Assembly (NCBI GenBank): GCA_013288565.1
Contig: JABDBP010000002.1
Span: forward strand, 17,997 to 81,996
Origin: Alphaproteobacteria bacterium
Lineage (GTDB): Bacteria > Pseudomonadota > Alphaproteobacteria > Rickettsiales > JABDBP01
DNA: 64,000 bases
Direction: 5' to 3'
Positions 1-8,095 of the stretch are shown here, in pieces. Each line of letters opens with the position of its first letter. The first letter of the stretch is position 1. The notes under the pieces are model-generated. The model ran no database searches. It was given only the letters and a program-made list of their open reading frames with translations, and was not told where the DNA came from. The translations under genes and the position numbers were made by a program.

Positions 1-1
1 C

Positions 2-175
2 GCCAGGACGCTTAAACATTGGCTGTACAGGTTCGAATTGAACAGGGATAAAGTTATTGCGCTCGGGTTTGACGAATCATTCATCCGCCTGTGGCGGTTC
101 TATCTTTCAAGTTGTATCGCTTCTTTCTTAAGCAAGCGCAGCGATGTCATGCAGGCGGAACTGGTGCATTCTTAA
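2..175 (+). CDS. Cyclopropane-fatty-acyl-phospholipid synthase family methyltransferase, C-terminal fragment (5' end outside window)
   Basis: Frame 2 reads ...LGFDESFIRLWRFYLSSCIASFLSKRSDVMQAELVHS*, the typical CFA-synthase C-terminus (F.R.W.YYL..C...F). Stop at 173-175. Confidence 0.7.
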   Translation, partial: ARTLKHWLYRFELNRDKVIALGFDESFIRLWRFYLSSCIASFLSKRSDVMQAELVHS

Positions 176-177
176 AA

Positions 178-666
178 ATGATAACTAGTAAAAAGTCTCC
201 GATTACATGGTTTGCCGTATTAGACAGTAGGCGCGCGCAATTTTACCAGCGCAAACCGATGCATAAGGAACCGGATCAGAGTCTGAGTCATAATGGCCGC
301 AGATTGGAACCGATATTCGACACATCTTTAGTCGCCGAATCGATAGAGGATTATGAAATCGGGCGGCATCAATTAGGCAGAGTTTTCGAGAGCGCCAATC
401 CGCCCCGGCATTCACCGAGTTCCCATACTGGTATCTCAGAAGAGATAAAATTGCGATTTATTAGAAAGATTGTTGAAACTCTTGAGAAATGTCATGCGGC
501 AAAAGCTTTCGATCAGTTGGTTCTGGTGGCACCGGCTAAGATAATAGGAATATTGCGCAAATCCTTAAGTGCCGATATCAAAAAATCGATAATTACGGAA
601 GTCGTCAAAGATCTTACCCATCACCAATCGGAAGCACTATCGGGATTTCTTGCAGCGGTTGCTTAA
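178..666 (+). CDS. Host-attachment-protein family protein
   Basis: ATG at 178 (MITSKKSPITWFAVLDSRRAQFY...). The layout resembles the Host_attach family. The longer ORF from 91 overlaps the upstream CDS. Confidence 0.6.
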   Translation: MITSKKSPITWFAVLDSRRAQFYQRKPMHKEPDQSLSHNGRRLEPIFDTSLVAESIEDYEIGRHQLGRVFESANPPRHSPSSHTGISEEIKLRFIRKIVETLEKCHAAKAFDQLVLVAPAKIIGILRKSLSADIKKSIITEVVKDLTHHQSEALSGFLAAVA

Positions 667-2729
667 GCTTTATTCTCTGGTAATGATTTAAGCAATTGCC
701 CAAGGGTTTCAATGCTGACCGGCTTAACCAGATGATGATCAAAACCCGCTTCGCTTGAGCGTTTCCGATGTTCTTGCTGACCCCATCCGGTATGGGCAAT
801 AAAAATTCTATGCTTTAATGACGGTTCCTCACGCATCTTCCGGCACAATTCATAGCCGCTCACCCCGGAAAGTCCGATATCCAGCATGATTACATCGGGC
901 AGGAAAGATTTAGCGACATCCAACGCTTCCTCAGCCTTACACAAGATTTTTACCTCATATCCTAGCAGCTCTATCATCCAACCAAGAGTTTGTGCCAGTT
1001 CCTTGTTATCTTCGACCACCAACACCCGTAATTTTCTTTCCCGCAGATTTAGCGATGGCGTTTCTGGTACAAACATCTCTGGTTCAGGCACTGAAGTGGA
1101 AGGAGAAGAATCGTGTATTGGTTGCACCGCTGGTGCGGCAACTATCGGCAATTTTACCAGGAATTCGCTGCCCTTATCTTTTCCTTCGCTATGCGCTTCT
1201 ATACTGCCGCCATGCATTTCCACCAGGTTTTTTACCAGCATCAAACCGATTCCAAGCCCTCCGTGCGCTCGCTCTATAGAGCTATCAACTTGCGTGAATA
1301 TATTAAATATGCGCGTCAGCATATTTTCAGGAATACCGATTCCTGTATCCCGCATGCTTACTGTGATAGTTTTTTCATCCGCCTTCGCTTCAATCAGAAT
1401 CCAGCCATCGGCAGGTGTATATTTAATTGCATTATTTAACAGATTGGAAAAAACTTGGGAAAGCCTGGTTAAATCGGCACTCAGCCAGATTGGTTCCGTA
1501 GGCAAATGTACGGAAAGCTGATGGCCTTTTTCTTCTATTAAAGGTTTTGCAGTTTCCAACGCGTTATTTATCACTTCTTCAAGCGTGATGTGATTTTTCT
1601 TGAGTTCTAACTTCCCATGCGAAATCCGCGATATATCGAGTAGATCATCTACTAGCCTGGTTATCTGCTTTACCTGACGCCCCATTATTTCTAGGGAATC
1701 CGAGTAGTGTTTCGTACCGCTATTAGAAGATTGCAGGATTGAGAGTGCATTGCTTAACGGCGCCAGAGGATTACGCAACTCATGCGACAGCGTGGCAATG
1801 AATTCATCCTTTCGCCGGTCCGCCTCTTTCAACGCTTTCTCCGCCCATTTGCGCTCGGTAATAGCTGAGCCCAGCAACAATCCCGTTACCGCCACGACCG
1901 CCATAAAAATCTGAAGGAAGTTTAGACTTTGATCTAGGGATACGGTGGTAAATGGCCCTGATCCGTGCATCGTCGCCCATATCGCTATGATCGATGCAGC
2001 CAAAGTAACGGAAGTAGTTCCATGCTGGCCGAACCTAAGTGCTGCCCATATGGTGAAAGGGAAAATTAAATAGATAAAGACATGGCCGATTATTCCCATG
2101 CTTAAGGGCTCGGTGAAAATTCCAAGGCTGGTGATAATCATTCCCAACGCCAAGGCAAACGCTTCCCACATATTATACTGTCTAAATGAGTCATAGGAAC
2201 GGCGATTGCTCCAGATCAGCAATACAGGAGCGAAAATCAATGCGCCAGTCGCGTCTCCGAGCCACCATATCATCCAAAGTGAGTGATAAGCAGTCCATAG
2301 TTGTACGTGGCCAAGGCACAAGCTGGTCACCCCAATAGTGGCACTGACCATGGTGCTAAAAATCGCGGAAAAAATCACCAGGCTTAAGACATCTTTGACC
2401 CGCGCCAATGAATTGTCGAAACCAACCCGTCTGCATAGATATGCTCCGATTACAACTTCCAGTGTATTGCCAATTGCAATGCCAAGAGCAGTGAGAGTTG
2501 GCTCATGTGCGGTGACGTTAGTTAAAAAGGCGCCAAGCGCAATGCCCGGCCAGGCACGGTAGCCAAAAAACAGAACGGCGGCCAAGGCTATTCCTGTGGG
2601 AGGCCATACCACCGTAACCTGCTCGGCCTCAAACGCCATAAGGAAACCGATTTTCGAGGCTACAAAATAGACAGCGGCCAAGGCTAATACAACTATGACT
2701 GGTTTAATAAAGTTGGCTAAGTTGCGCAC
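663..2729 (-). CDS. Hybrid sensor histidine kinase with N-terminal MASE1-like membrane domain, HisKA, HATPase_c and C-terminal receiver
   Basis: Multi-TM N-terminus; H-box FIATLSHELRNPL; N/G boxes LLNNAIKYT and DTGIGI...GGLGIGL; receiver VLVVEDN...MLDIGL...KP. GTG start. Confidence 0.9.
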   Translation of the reverse strand: MRNLANFIKPVIVVLALAAVYFVASKIGFLMAFEAEQVTVVWPPTGIALAAVLFFGYRAWPGIALGAFLTNVTAHEPTLTALGIAIGNTLEVVIGAYLCRRVGFDNSLARVKDVLSLVIFSAIFSTMVSATIGVTSLCLGHVQLWTAYHSLWMIWWLGDATGALIFAPVLLIWSNRRSYDSFRQYNMWEAFALALGMIITSLGIFTEPLSMGIIGHVFIYLIFPFTIWAALRFGQHGTTSVTLAASIIAIWATMHGSGPFTTVSLDQSLNFLQIFMAVVAVTGLLLGSAITERKWAEKALKEADRRKDEFIATLSHELRNPLAPLSNALSILQSSNSGTKHYSDSLEIMGRQVKQITRLVDDLLDISRISHGKLELKKNHITLEEVINNALETAKPLIEEKGHQLSVHLPTEPIWLSADLTRLSQVFSNLLNNAIKYTPADGWILIEAKADEKTITVSMRDTGIGIPENMLTRIFNIFTQVDSSIERAHGGLGIGLMLVKNLVEMHGGSIEAHSEGKDKGSEFLVKLPIVAAPAVQPIHDSSPSTSVPEPEMFVPETPSLNLRERKLRVLVVEDNKELAQTLGWMIELLGYEVKILCKAEEALDVAKSFLPDVIMLDIGLSGVSGYELCRKMREEPSLKHRIFIAHTGWGQQEHRKRSSEAGFDHHLVKPVSIETLGQLLKSLPENKA

Positions 2730-2820
2730 TGACTTTCCATTTTTTTGTTTTATATAACAGTTCGTATTGTTGCTTTCATAAACTTTCTATAAGTTTTTTT
2801 ACTTATTTTTTATGAACTTT

Positions 2821-2850
2821 CTCGGATTTTCCAATATTTTTCTTATATAG
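2821..2850 (+). promoter_or_regulatory. Possible RpoH (sigma-32)-type promoter for the hsp20 gene
   Basis: CTCG-N17-CTTATATAG lies 55 nt upstream of the ATG. The -10 fits the alpha-proteobacterial heat-shock form CYTATNTNG as I recall it. The -35 matches only 3 of 4 positions. Confidence 0.3.
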
Positions 2851-2904
2851 AACTCCATAATCTCGTCCTGAAATCAACCCAAACAATAGAGAAAGGAGGC
2901 ATAT

Positions 2905-3411
2905 ATGGCTGTTCGCAATTTATTTAGTGCTGATAGGTCGGTTCCGGTAACAAGAGGAGAAAATCCCCTTATCAATCTACAAGAAGAAATGAATCGGCTG
3001 TTCGATAATTTTTTCGGCGGAAGCTTTCTGCCTGCATCGTGGGCGCAATTTCAGCCGATAGAAAGTATAACCGGAATCACCCCTGCCATTGATGTAAAAG
3101 AAAACGATAAAAATATAAAAATCACCGCAGAATTGCCAGGATTGGAAGCAAAGGATGTCCAGATACAGGTAGCGGATCATTATGTGACCATCAAAGGCAA
3201 AAAGGAGGATGAGTCGAAGGAAGAGAAAGACGGTTATTACCGCAAAGAACGCTCTTATGGGGAATTCCAGCGAGTTATCGCTCTCCCAGATTCGGCAAAT
3301 GGTGATAAGGCAGAGGCTTCTTTAAATAAAGGACTGCTTACCATCACAGTCCCGAAAAAACCCGGCACTGAGGCCAAGCCGCGCAACCTAGAAATAAAAC
3401 AAGTAGCTTAA
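2905..3411 (+). CDS. Hsp20/alpha-crystallin family small heat-shock protein
   Basis: Alpha-crystallin core (PAIDVKENDKNIKITAELPGL...FQRVIALP...A.L..GLLTITVPK). Strong SD GAAAGGAGG. Confidence 0.9.
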   Translation: MAVRNLFSADRSVPVTRGENPLINLQEEMNRLFDNFFGGSFLPASWAQFQPIESITGITPAIDVKENDKNIKITAELPGLEAKDVQIQVADHYVTIKGKKEDESKEEKDGYYRKERSYGEFQRVIALPDSANGDKAEASLNKGLLTITVPKKPGTEAKPRNLEIKQVA

Positions 3412-3427
3412 AGTTGTCATGTTATAC

Positions 3428-3466
3428 AAAGGCGGAGACATAGTTGACTGTGCTCTCCGCCTTTGC
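3428..3466 (+). terminator. Rho-independent terminator after hsp20
   Basis: Stem GGCGGAGA (3431-3438) pairs with TCTCCGCC (3454-3461), followed by TTTGCTT. Confidence 0.6.
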
Positions 3467-3583
3467 TTGCAAGTTATATCCCCCTTCCAGCACTTAAATT
3501 GCACCCGCAAGATTTAAGCACCTTCTAATATCTATTGGTGGGCTGGGATTTCCAGATGTATGGAGCTAAGGATACTACAACTT

Positions 3584-3796
3584 TCACCTACCTTGAATCT
3601 TACCCGATTCTAAGCCTAACTTGAAACCAAAAAAGGCAAGTATCGCAGTCACCACCAAGCCAACCCAGCTTACCCACATAGGAATTGCCATGCCCGCCGC
3701 CGTAATATCCCATCCTTGAGTTATCCTGCCAAGATGTGCCAGAGCCACAAGCGCGAATAGGGTGCCGGCTATAATAGAAAACATTTTTTGCATCAT
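3584..3796 (-). CDS. Small two-TM membrane protein, unknown function
   Basis: 70 aa with two hydrophobic helices. SD AAGGAG upstream of the ATG. Confidence 0.55.
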   Translation of the reverse strand: MMQKMFSIIAGTLFALVALAHLGRITQGWDITAAGMAIPMWVSWVGLVVTAILAFFGFKLGLESGKIQGR

Positions 3797-3865
3797 AAAC
3801 TATCTCCTTAAAAATTATTTCATCTGGTATCGGCGTCACCACAAATTGTGTCCAAGGATAGGGAA

Positions 3866-4216
3866 TTATTCTCCATAAGCTGATCTTTTCGCTGGAGAAT
3901 CTGGAGAAGAATTCACCACCCAGCTATTTTCCTCATCTGTATCATGGTTATTGGCAGACAAAGCTCTGCCACTCCCTGATTCGGCCTCACTCTTTTTGTT
4001 GCCTTCGTCGGAAGCAGATATATGTACGTTTTCCTTTTCACTTTTGTTTTTATTATTTTCATTCTCCGGAATACCTGGAGAACCACCTTCCGAAGTCCAG
4101 GCATCCAGAGGCTGCTCCTGCTTGCTTTCAGGGTTTACTCGGTTCTGGTTAAATTTTTTGGACTGCCGATACGCCCATGCTTTCTGTTTTGCTTGTCCGA
4201 GACTGTGACTACCCAT
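3866..4216 (-). CDS. Hypothetical low-complexity (Ser/Asn/Glu/Lys-rich) protein
   Basis: 116-aa ORF with a weak SD (AAAGGA). The composition looks disordered and I recognise no domain. Confidence 0.4.
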   Translation of the reverse strand: MGSHSLGQAKQKAWAYRQSKKFNQNRVNPESKQEQPLDAWTSEGGSPGIPENENNKNKSEKENVHISASDEGNKKSEAESGSGRALSANNHDTDEENSWVVNSSPDSPAKRSAYGE

Positions 4217-4251
4217 TTCTCATTTTCCTTTGATGTTTATAAAGATGAAAG

Positions 4252-4608
4252 TTAATCCGCGCCATTTTGGGAAGTAGGATTTCCATTTTGATTGGCTGTA
4301 GGAGTGCTTTGGTTTGCCGGGCCTGTTGCAGAAGTATTTAAAGCTCTCGCGTTATTTATTTCAGGATTTGGGGCAATATTTCCGCCGATATTCTTGTACC
4401 AGGAATAGCCGATAATTACGGCCATAACGATTACAATTGCAACTAGAAGCCAACCAAGTGCAGAGTTTTCCGGCATTGTACTGCTCACACGACTAGGCCT
4501 ACTTATGCCGGATCTTTCATTGCTGTTGTCGTAATTTCTTTGGTAGGTGCTGGAAGCATCAGAGAGCCGGGGCTCTTCTGTTGGTTTAAAACTCGGATTT
4601 GTAGCCAT
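4252..4608 (-). CDS. Hypothetical single-pass membrane protein
   Basis: SD AGGAG; central TM WLLVAIVIVMAVIIGYSWY; low-complexity tails. Confidence 0.55.
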   Translation of the reverse strand: MATNPSFKPTEEPRLSDASSTYQRNYDNSNERSGISRPSRVSSTMPENSALGWLLVAIVIVMAVIIGYSWYKNIGGNIAPNPEINNARALNTSATGPANQSTPTANQNGNPTSQNGAD

Positions 4609-4781
4609 GATAAATTCTCCTACTTATATTTGAATTAGAATACATGGCGTAGGGTAACGTTGATCGAATAAATTTTCCGTTCCGTATTCCAATTCATTAC
4701 GTCAATTTGCTGTAAATACGCAGCGTAAAACCCGGAAAATCGTAATGGAAAATTTATTCTTGGAAGAATATATCAACAGAT

Positions 4782-5015
4782 ATGAAAAGATTTATGGCAA
4801 TGGCGACACTACTAATGGCCACTACAGGGTGTGTCGCATATCCGCCTCCGCCGCCCGCTGCTGTGGCGACGCAACCAGTTTACCCAGCGAGTACACAGGC
4901 TTACGTATATCCCTACGGATATCCATACTATGGGTATCCGTATTATTATCCTGCGCCGGTCGTCACGTCATTTGGTGTAGGCATAGGAATCGGCGGCGGC
5001 CGGCACTGGAGATAA
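4782..5015 (+). CDS. Small Tyr/Pro-rich lipoprotein
   Basis: Lipobox LLMATTGC, then YVYPYGYPYYGYPYYYPAP and a Gly-rich tail. Confidence 0.55.
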   Translation: MKRFMAMATLLMATTGCVAYPPPPPAAVATQPVYPASTQAYVYPYGYPYYGYPYYYPAPVVTSFGVGIGIGGGRHWR

Positions 5016-5033
5016 CTGACTCCTCTAGCGGAC

Positions 5034-5678
5034 ATGCAAAATATTATCATCTATATATTCGGCCTTTGCGATTCTCAGAAATATACTGTCACCCATGAGA
5101 TAGCCAAACTCGAAAATTTTATCATCGTCAATAATCATCTCATCCATAACCCGATTTTCAGCATTTTGCAGCCGAACGGCAACTCATTGATTCCCTATAA
5201 TACCTGGCGTGAGGTTGAGAAGGTAAGAAGTGCCGTCTATAATTCAATCAAAATGGCAGATAAGAATAGTAATTTCATCATAACCAATGAGTTTTACGCC
5301 GAGGATGAAGTAGACAGTAAAATATTCCGCCAGATACAGGCGGTGGCGAAAGCGCGCAACAGTCAACTCTTCCCAATCAGGATGCTATGTAATAAGGAGG
5401 AAGTATTAAACCGTATAGCGTGGGAAGAAAGAAAGATGCGGATCGAGGCTATGCATCTGGGTACGGCACATAAGAAATTCAGCCATACCATACTCAAACC
5501 TACACATGATAACTTGTTCGAGATTGATGTCACCCAGCGCAGTCCGGAAGATGCAGCACGATATATCATCGAAAAAATCAAGAAAATGATCTGTGAAGAA
5601 AAAGCGGAAAGAGGAAACCAGGATAAGGTAAAACTGCGAATTGAGATGCCTATACAGAGCAATCATTTATCGGGGTAG
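5034..5678 (+). CDS. P-loop kinase-like (AAA_33-like) protein with a degenerate Walker A
   Basis: IIIYIFGLCDSQKYTV aligns to the GxxxxGK[ST] position but reads GxxxxQKY. Overall size and pattern resemble small nucleotide or antibiotic kinases. Confidence 0.4.
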   Translation: MQNIIIYIFGLCDSQKYTVTHEIAKLENFIIVNNHLIHNPIFSILQPNGNSLIPYNTWREVEKVRSAVYNSIKMADKNSNFIITNEFYAEDEVDSKIFRQIQAVAKARNSQLFPIRMLCNKEEVLNRIAWEERKMRIEAMHLGTAHKKFSHTILKPTHDNLFEIDVTQRSPEDAARYIIEKIKKMICEEKAERGNQDKVKLRIEMPIQSNHLSG

Positions 5679-5842
5679 GTATCCAAGTACAAATCAGTTT
5701 GCTTATTACCTTCTTTATGCAGCCTATTGGCTTGGTATTGGCGATACTTACCTGAGAACTTTACCCTATCTAGAAAAACTCCTATTGTTTCTTTATAGAA
5801 GTGCGGTAACATTTTTCCTCATAACATTACAGGAGATAAGTC

Positions 5843-6298
5843 ATGGTTAAAAAAATCCCGGAAGATTTTCACAGCGTTACCCCTAGCCTTGTTGTTAACG
5901 GCGCTGCGAAGGCGATTGAGTTATATAAAAAGGCATTTGGCACACAGGAACTCTACCGTATGGAATGTCCAGGCGGGTCAGGAAAAATCATGCATGCCTG
6001 CATAAAACTTGGCGATTCAAAAATATTTCTCACGGACACTAACCCAGAAATGGGTTGCGGAACGCCTTCAGCTTCAAGTTTTTACGTGTATATAGAAGAT
6101 GTTGATGCCACCTTCAAACAAGCAAAGCAGGCAGGCCTTAATGAACTTTCTCCAGTGCAAGATATGTTCTGGGGCGACCGTACCGGCAATCTGAAAGATA
6201 GCTTCGGCATTGTTTGGACTCTTGCCACCCATGTACGTGATGTGTCGCCGGAAGAAATGGAAGAGGCAAAAAAGAAGTTCGGAGCGAAAGCGGCTTAG
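5843..6298 (+). CDS. VOC (glyoxalase/PhnB-like) family protein
   Basis: SVTPSLVVNGAAKAIELYKKAFG...IMHACIKLGDSKIFLTD...MFWGDRTG.L.D.FG..W is the PhnB/YjdN-like pattern. SD AGGAG. Confidence 0.85.
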   Translation: MVKKIPEDFHSVTPSLVVNGAAKAIELYKKAFGTQELYRMECPGGSGKIMHACIKLGDSKIFLTDTNPEMGCGTPSASSFYVYIEDVDATFKQAKQAGLNELSPVQDMFWGDRTGNLKDSFGIVWTLATHVRDVSPEEMEEAKKKFGAKAA

Positions 6299-6304
6299 GC
6301 TGAA

Positions 6305-6802
6305 ATGACCGGAAATAATCCCGAATTTACCATTAGCCGCACTTTCGCTGCACCGCGCCAGCGCCTGTTCGATGCATGGAGTAAGCCTGAGATTATGGCA
6401 AAATGGTGGGGGCCGAAAGGCCTCACCGTAAAATCATACACGCTAGACCTTAGGCCTGGCGGCATCTATCACTACTGCCTGCAAGCGCCTGACGGCAGCG
6501 ATATGTGGGGTAAATTCGTTTACCGAGAAATCGTCCCACCTTCGCGCCTGGTTTTCGTCAATTGCTTTTCCGATGAAAAGGGAGGCATTACCCGCCATCC
6601 GTGGAGTCCGAACTGGCCGCTCAAAACGCTATCGACGATCACATTCTCCGAGCATGAAGGCGGCACAAAAGTCACCATACAATGGACGCCACTGAATGCG
6701 ACAGAGCTGGAACTAAAGACTTTCGAAGAGGGCAAAGTTGGAATGCAGCAGGGCTGGACCGGAACATTGGACCAGCTGGCCGATTATCTTAAAAATGCAT
6801 AA
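6305..6802 (+). CDS. SRPBCC/AHSA1 (activator of Hsp90 ATPase homolog-like) domain protein
   Basis: FTISRTFAAPRQRLFDAWSKPEIMAKWWGPKG is a typical AHSA1 N-terminus. Confidence 0.85.
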   Translation: MTGNNPEFTISRTFAAPRQRLFDAWSKPEIMAKWWGPKGLTVKSYTLDLRPGGIYHYCLQAPDGSDMWGKFVYREIVPPSRLVFVNCFSDEKGGITRHPWSPNWPLKTLSTITFSEHEGGTKVTIQWTPLNATELELKTFEEGKVGMQQGWTGTLDQLADYLKNA

Positions 6803-6853
6803 TATGTCATTAATAAGTGGTGCCGGGCTTATCGAATTCGCGGGAACGGAATT

Positions 6854-7483
6854 ATGATCAAACCCGGCAAAGTAATTTCAAAGGTGAAGGCATTGACGGC
6901 GCAATTCGCTGCGTCGGGCGATATAAAAAGCGCGGCAACCGCGCCGGATGCTCCTAGCTGGATCGGCCATGTCGCCGTGCTGACGGGAGTGCTCGCGGCA
7001 CTCACAGGTTTTTTAACCGTGCGTTCCACCGTGCTCACCAACGAGGCCATCTATGAAAGCAACCAGGCGATATTATCGCAGACGCAGGCTTCGGATGCAT
7101 GGTCGGAATATCAGGCGAATAGCATAAAAGCGCATATCGTCGAAATGCAATTACTGCCGTCGAACCATTTAAGCGCTGGAGATCGGGAGAATCTGGCCAA
7201 GATGGATAGTGAAATCCGCGGCCGCCAGCCTTTAAGCAAGCAGATGGCCACTGGTAAAATTCAGGAGCGTGAAGACCATTTGGCCCATGGATTAAAACTT
7301 TTGCAGCAAAAGGACATGCTGGGATACGCCAGTATGATAGCACAACTCGGGATTGCTCTAGCCTCAGTTGCAGCCATGGTGCGGAAGCGTATCGCTTTTG
7401 ATATAGGAATAGCAGCAGCCGTGATAGCAGTCGGTATTACGGCTTATGTTTTTATTTTCGGTTATTTGGCCGGCAATATTTAA
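6854..7483 (+). CDS. DUF4337-like membrane protein
   Basis: The [16 protein letters not shown] motif plus N- and C-terminal TM helices resemble DUF4337. Confidence 0.55.
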   Translation: MIKPGKVISKVKALTAQFAASGDIKSAATAPDAPSWIGHVAVLTGVLAALTGFLTVRSTVLTNEAIYESNQAILSQTQASDAWSEYQANSIKAHIVEMQLLPSNHLSAGDRENLAKMDSEIRGRQPLSKQMATGKIQEREDHLAHGLKLLQQKDMLGYASMIAQLGIALASVAAMVRKRIAFDIGIAAAVIAVGITAYVFIFGYLAGNI

Positions 7484-7511
7484 TAAATACAAAACAAGGC
7501 AGAGAAGCGTT

Positions 7512-7919
7512 ATGTGGAAAGAGTTCAAAGATTTTGCAATGAAAGGCAATGTGGTTGATCTTGCGATCGGTGTTATCATCGGTGCGGCATTTGGCCAGAT
7601 CGTGGCATCGCTGGTAACCGATATCATCATGCCACCGATCGGGCTTATTTTAGGTGGAATCGATTTTTCCGAATTTTATATTAATCTCTCCGGCAAAGTG
7701 TATGGCTCGCTTGCGGAGGCCAAGAAAGCCGGTGCGCCCACTATTAATTACGGTATATTTCTCAATCAGGTAATCCATTTCCTTATCGTGGCATTTGCTG
7801 TTTTTCTGCTGGTAAAACAGGTCAATCGTTTTAAAAAAGCGGCAGCGGCAACTCCTATCTTACCAAATGCTCAGGAAGTATTGCTGACCGAGATAAGGGA
7901 CATATTAAAAAATAAATAA
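7512..7919 (+). CDS. mscL: Large-conductance mechanosensitive channel
   Basis: [42 protein letters not shown] is the canonical MscL N-terminus. ATG at 7512. Confidence 0.95.
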   Translation: MWKEFKDFAMKGNVVDLAIGVIIGAAFGQIVASLVTDIIMPPIGLILGGIDFSEFYINLSGKVYGSLAEAKKAGAPTINYGIFLNQVIHFLIVAFAVFLLVKQVNRFKKAAAATPILPNAQEVLLTEIRDILKNK

Positions 7920-7990
7920 TTCCTTTCTCTGATCTACCATTTACCATATAATCTTATGGTTTATTCCAACTGGGCTCACTGCTCTTGCTT

Positions 7991-8066
7991 GCAAATTCCC
8001 TGTTCGGTGTTTTAAATTCCCTGATACAATAAAATAATTCCCTGTTACGATTCTTAGGGAATTTGC
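7991..8066. repeat. Cluster of four GCAAATTCCCTG-type motifs (three direct, one inverted) upstream of the orphan gene
   Basis: Direct copies at 7993-8004, 8014-8025 and 8035-8046; inverted AGGGAATTTGC at 8056-8066. Hairpin AATTCCCT-N12-AGGGAATT. Confidence 0.75.
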
Positions 8067-8095
8067 TAAAAATAGAAAGGAATTACAGGCACCCT

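Noticed and set aside
4656-4683. An EcfG/general-stress-type promoter, GGAAC...CGTT, on the minus strand upstream of the 4252-4608 gene.
   Set aside because: The spacer is 19 nt, whereas the consensus I know is GGAAC-N16/17-CGTT. No second example was found upstream of the other stress-like genes.
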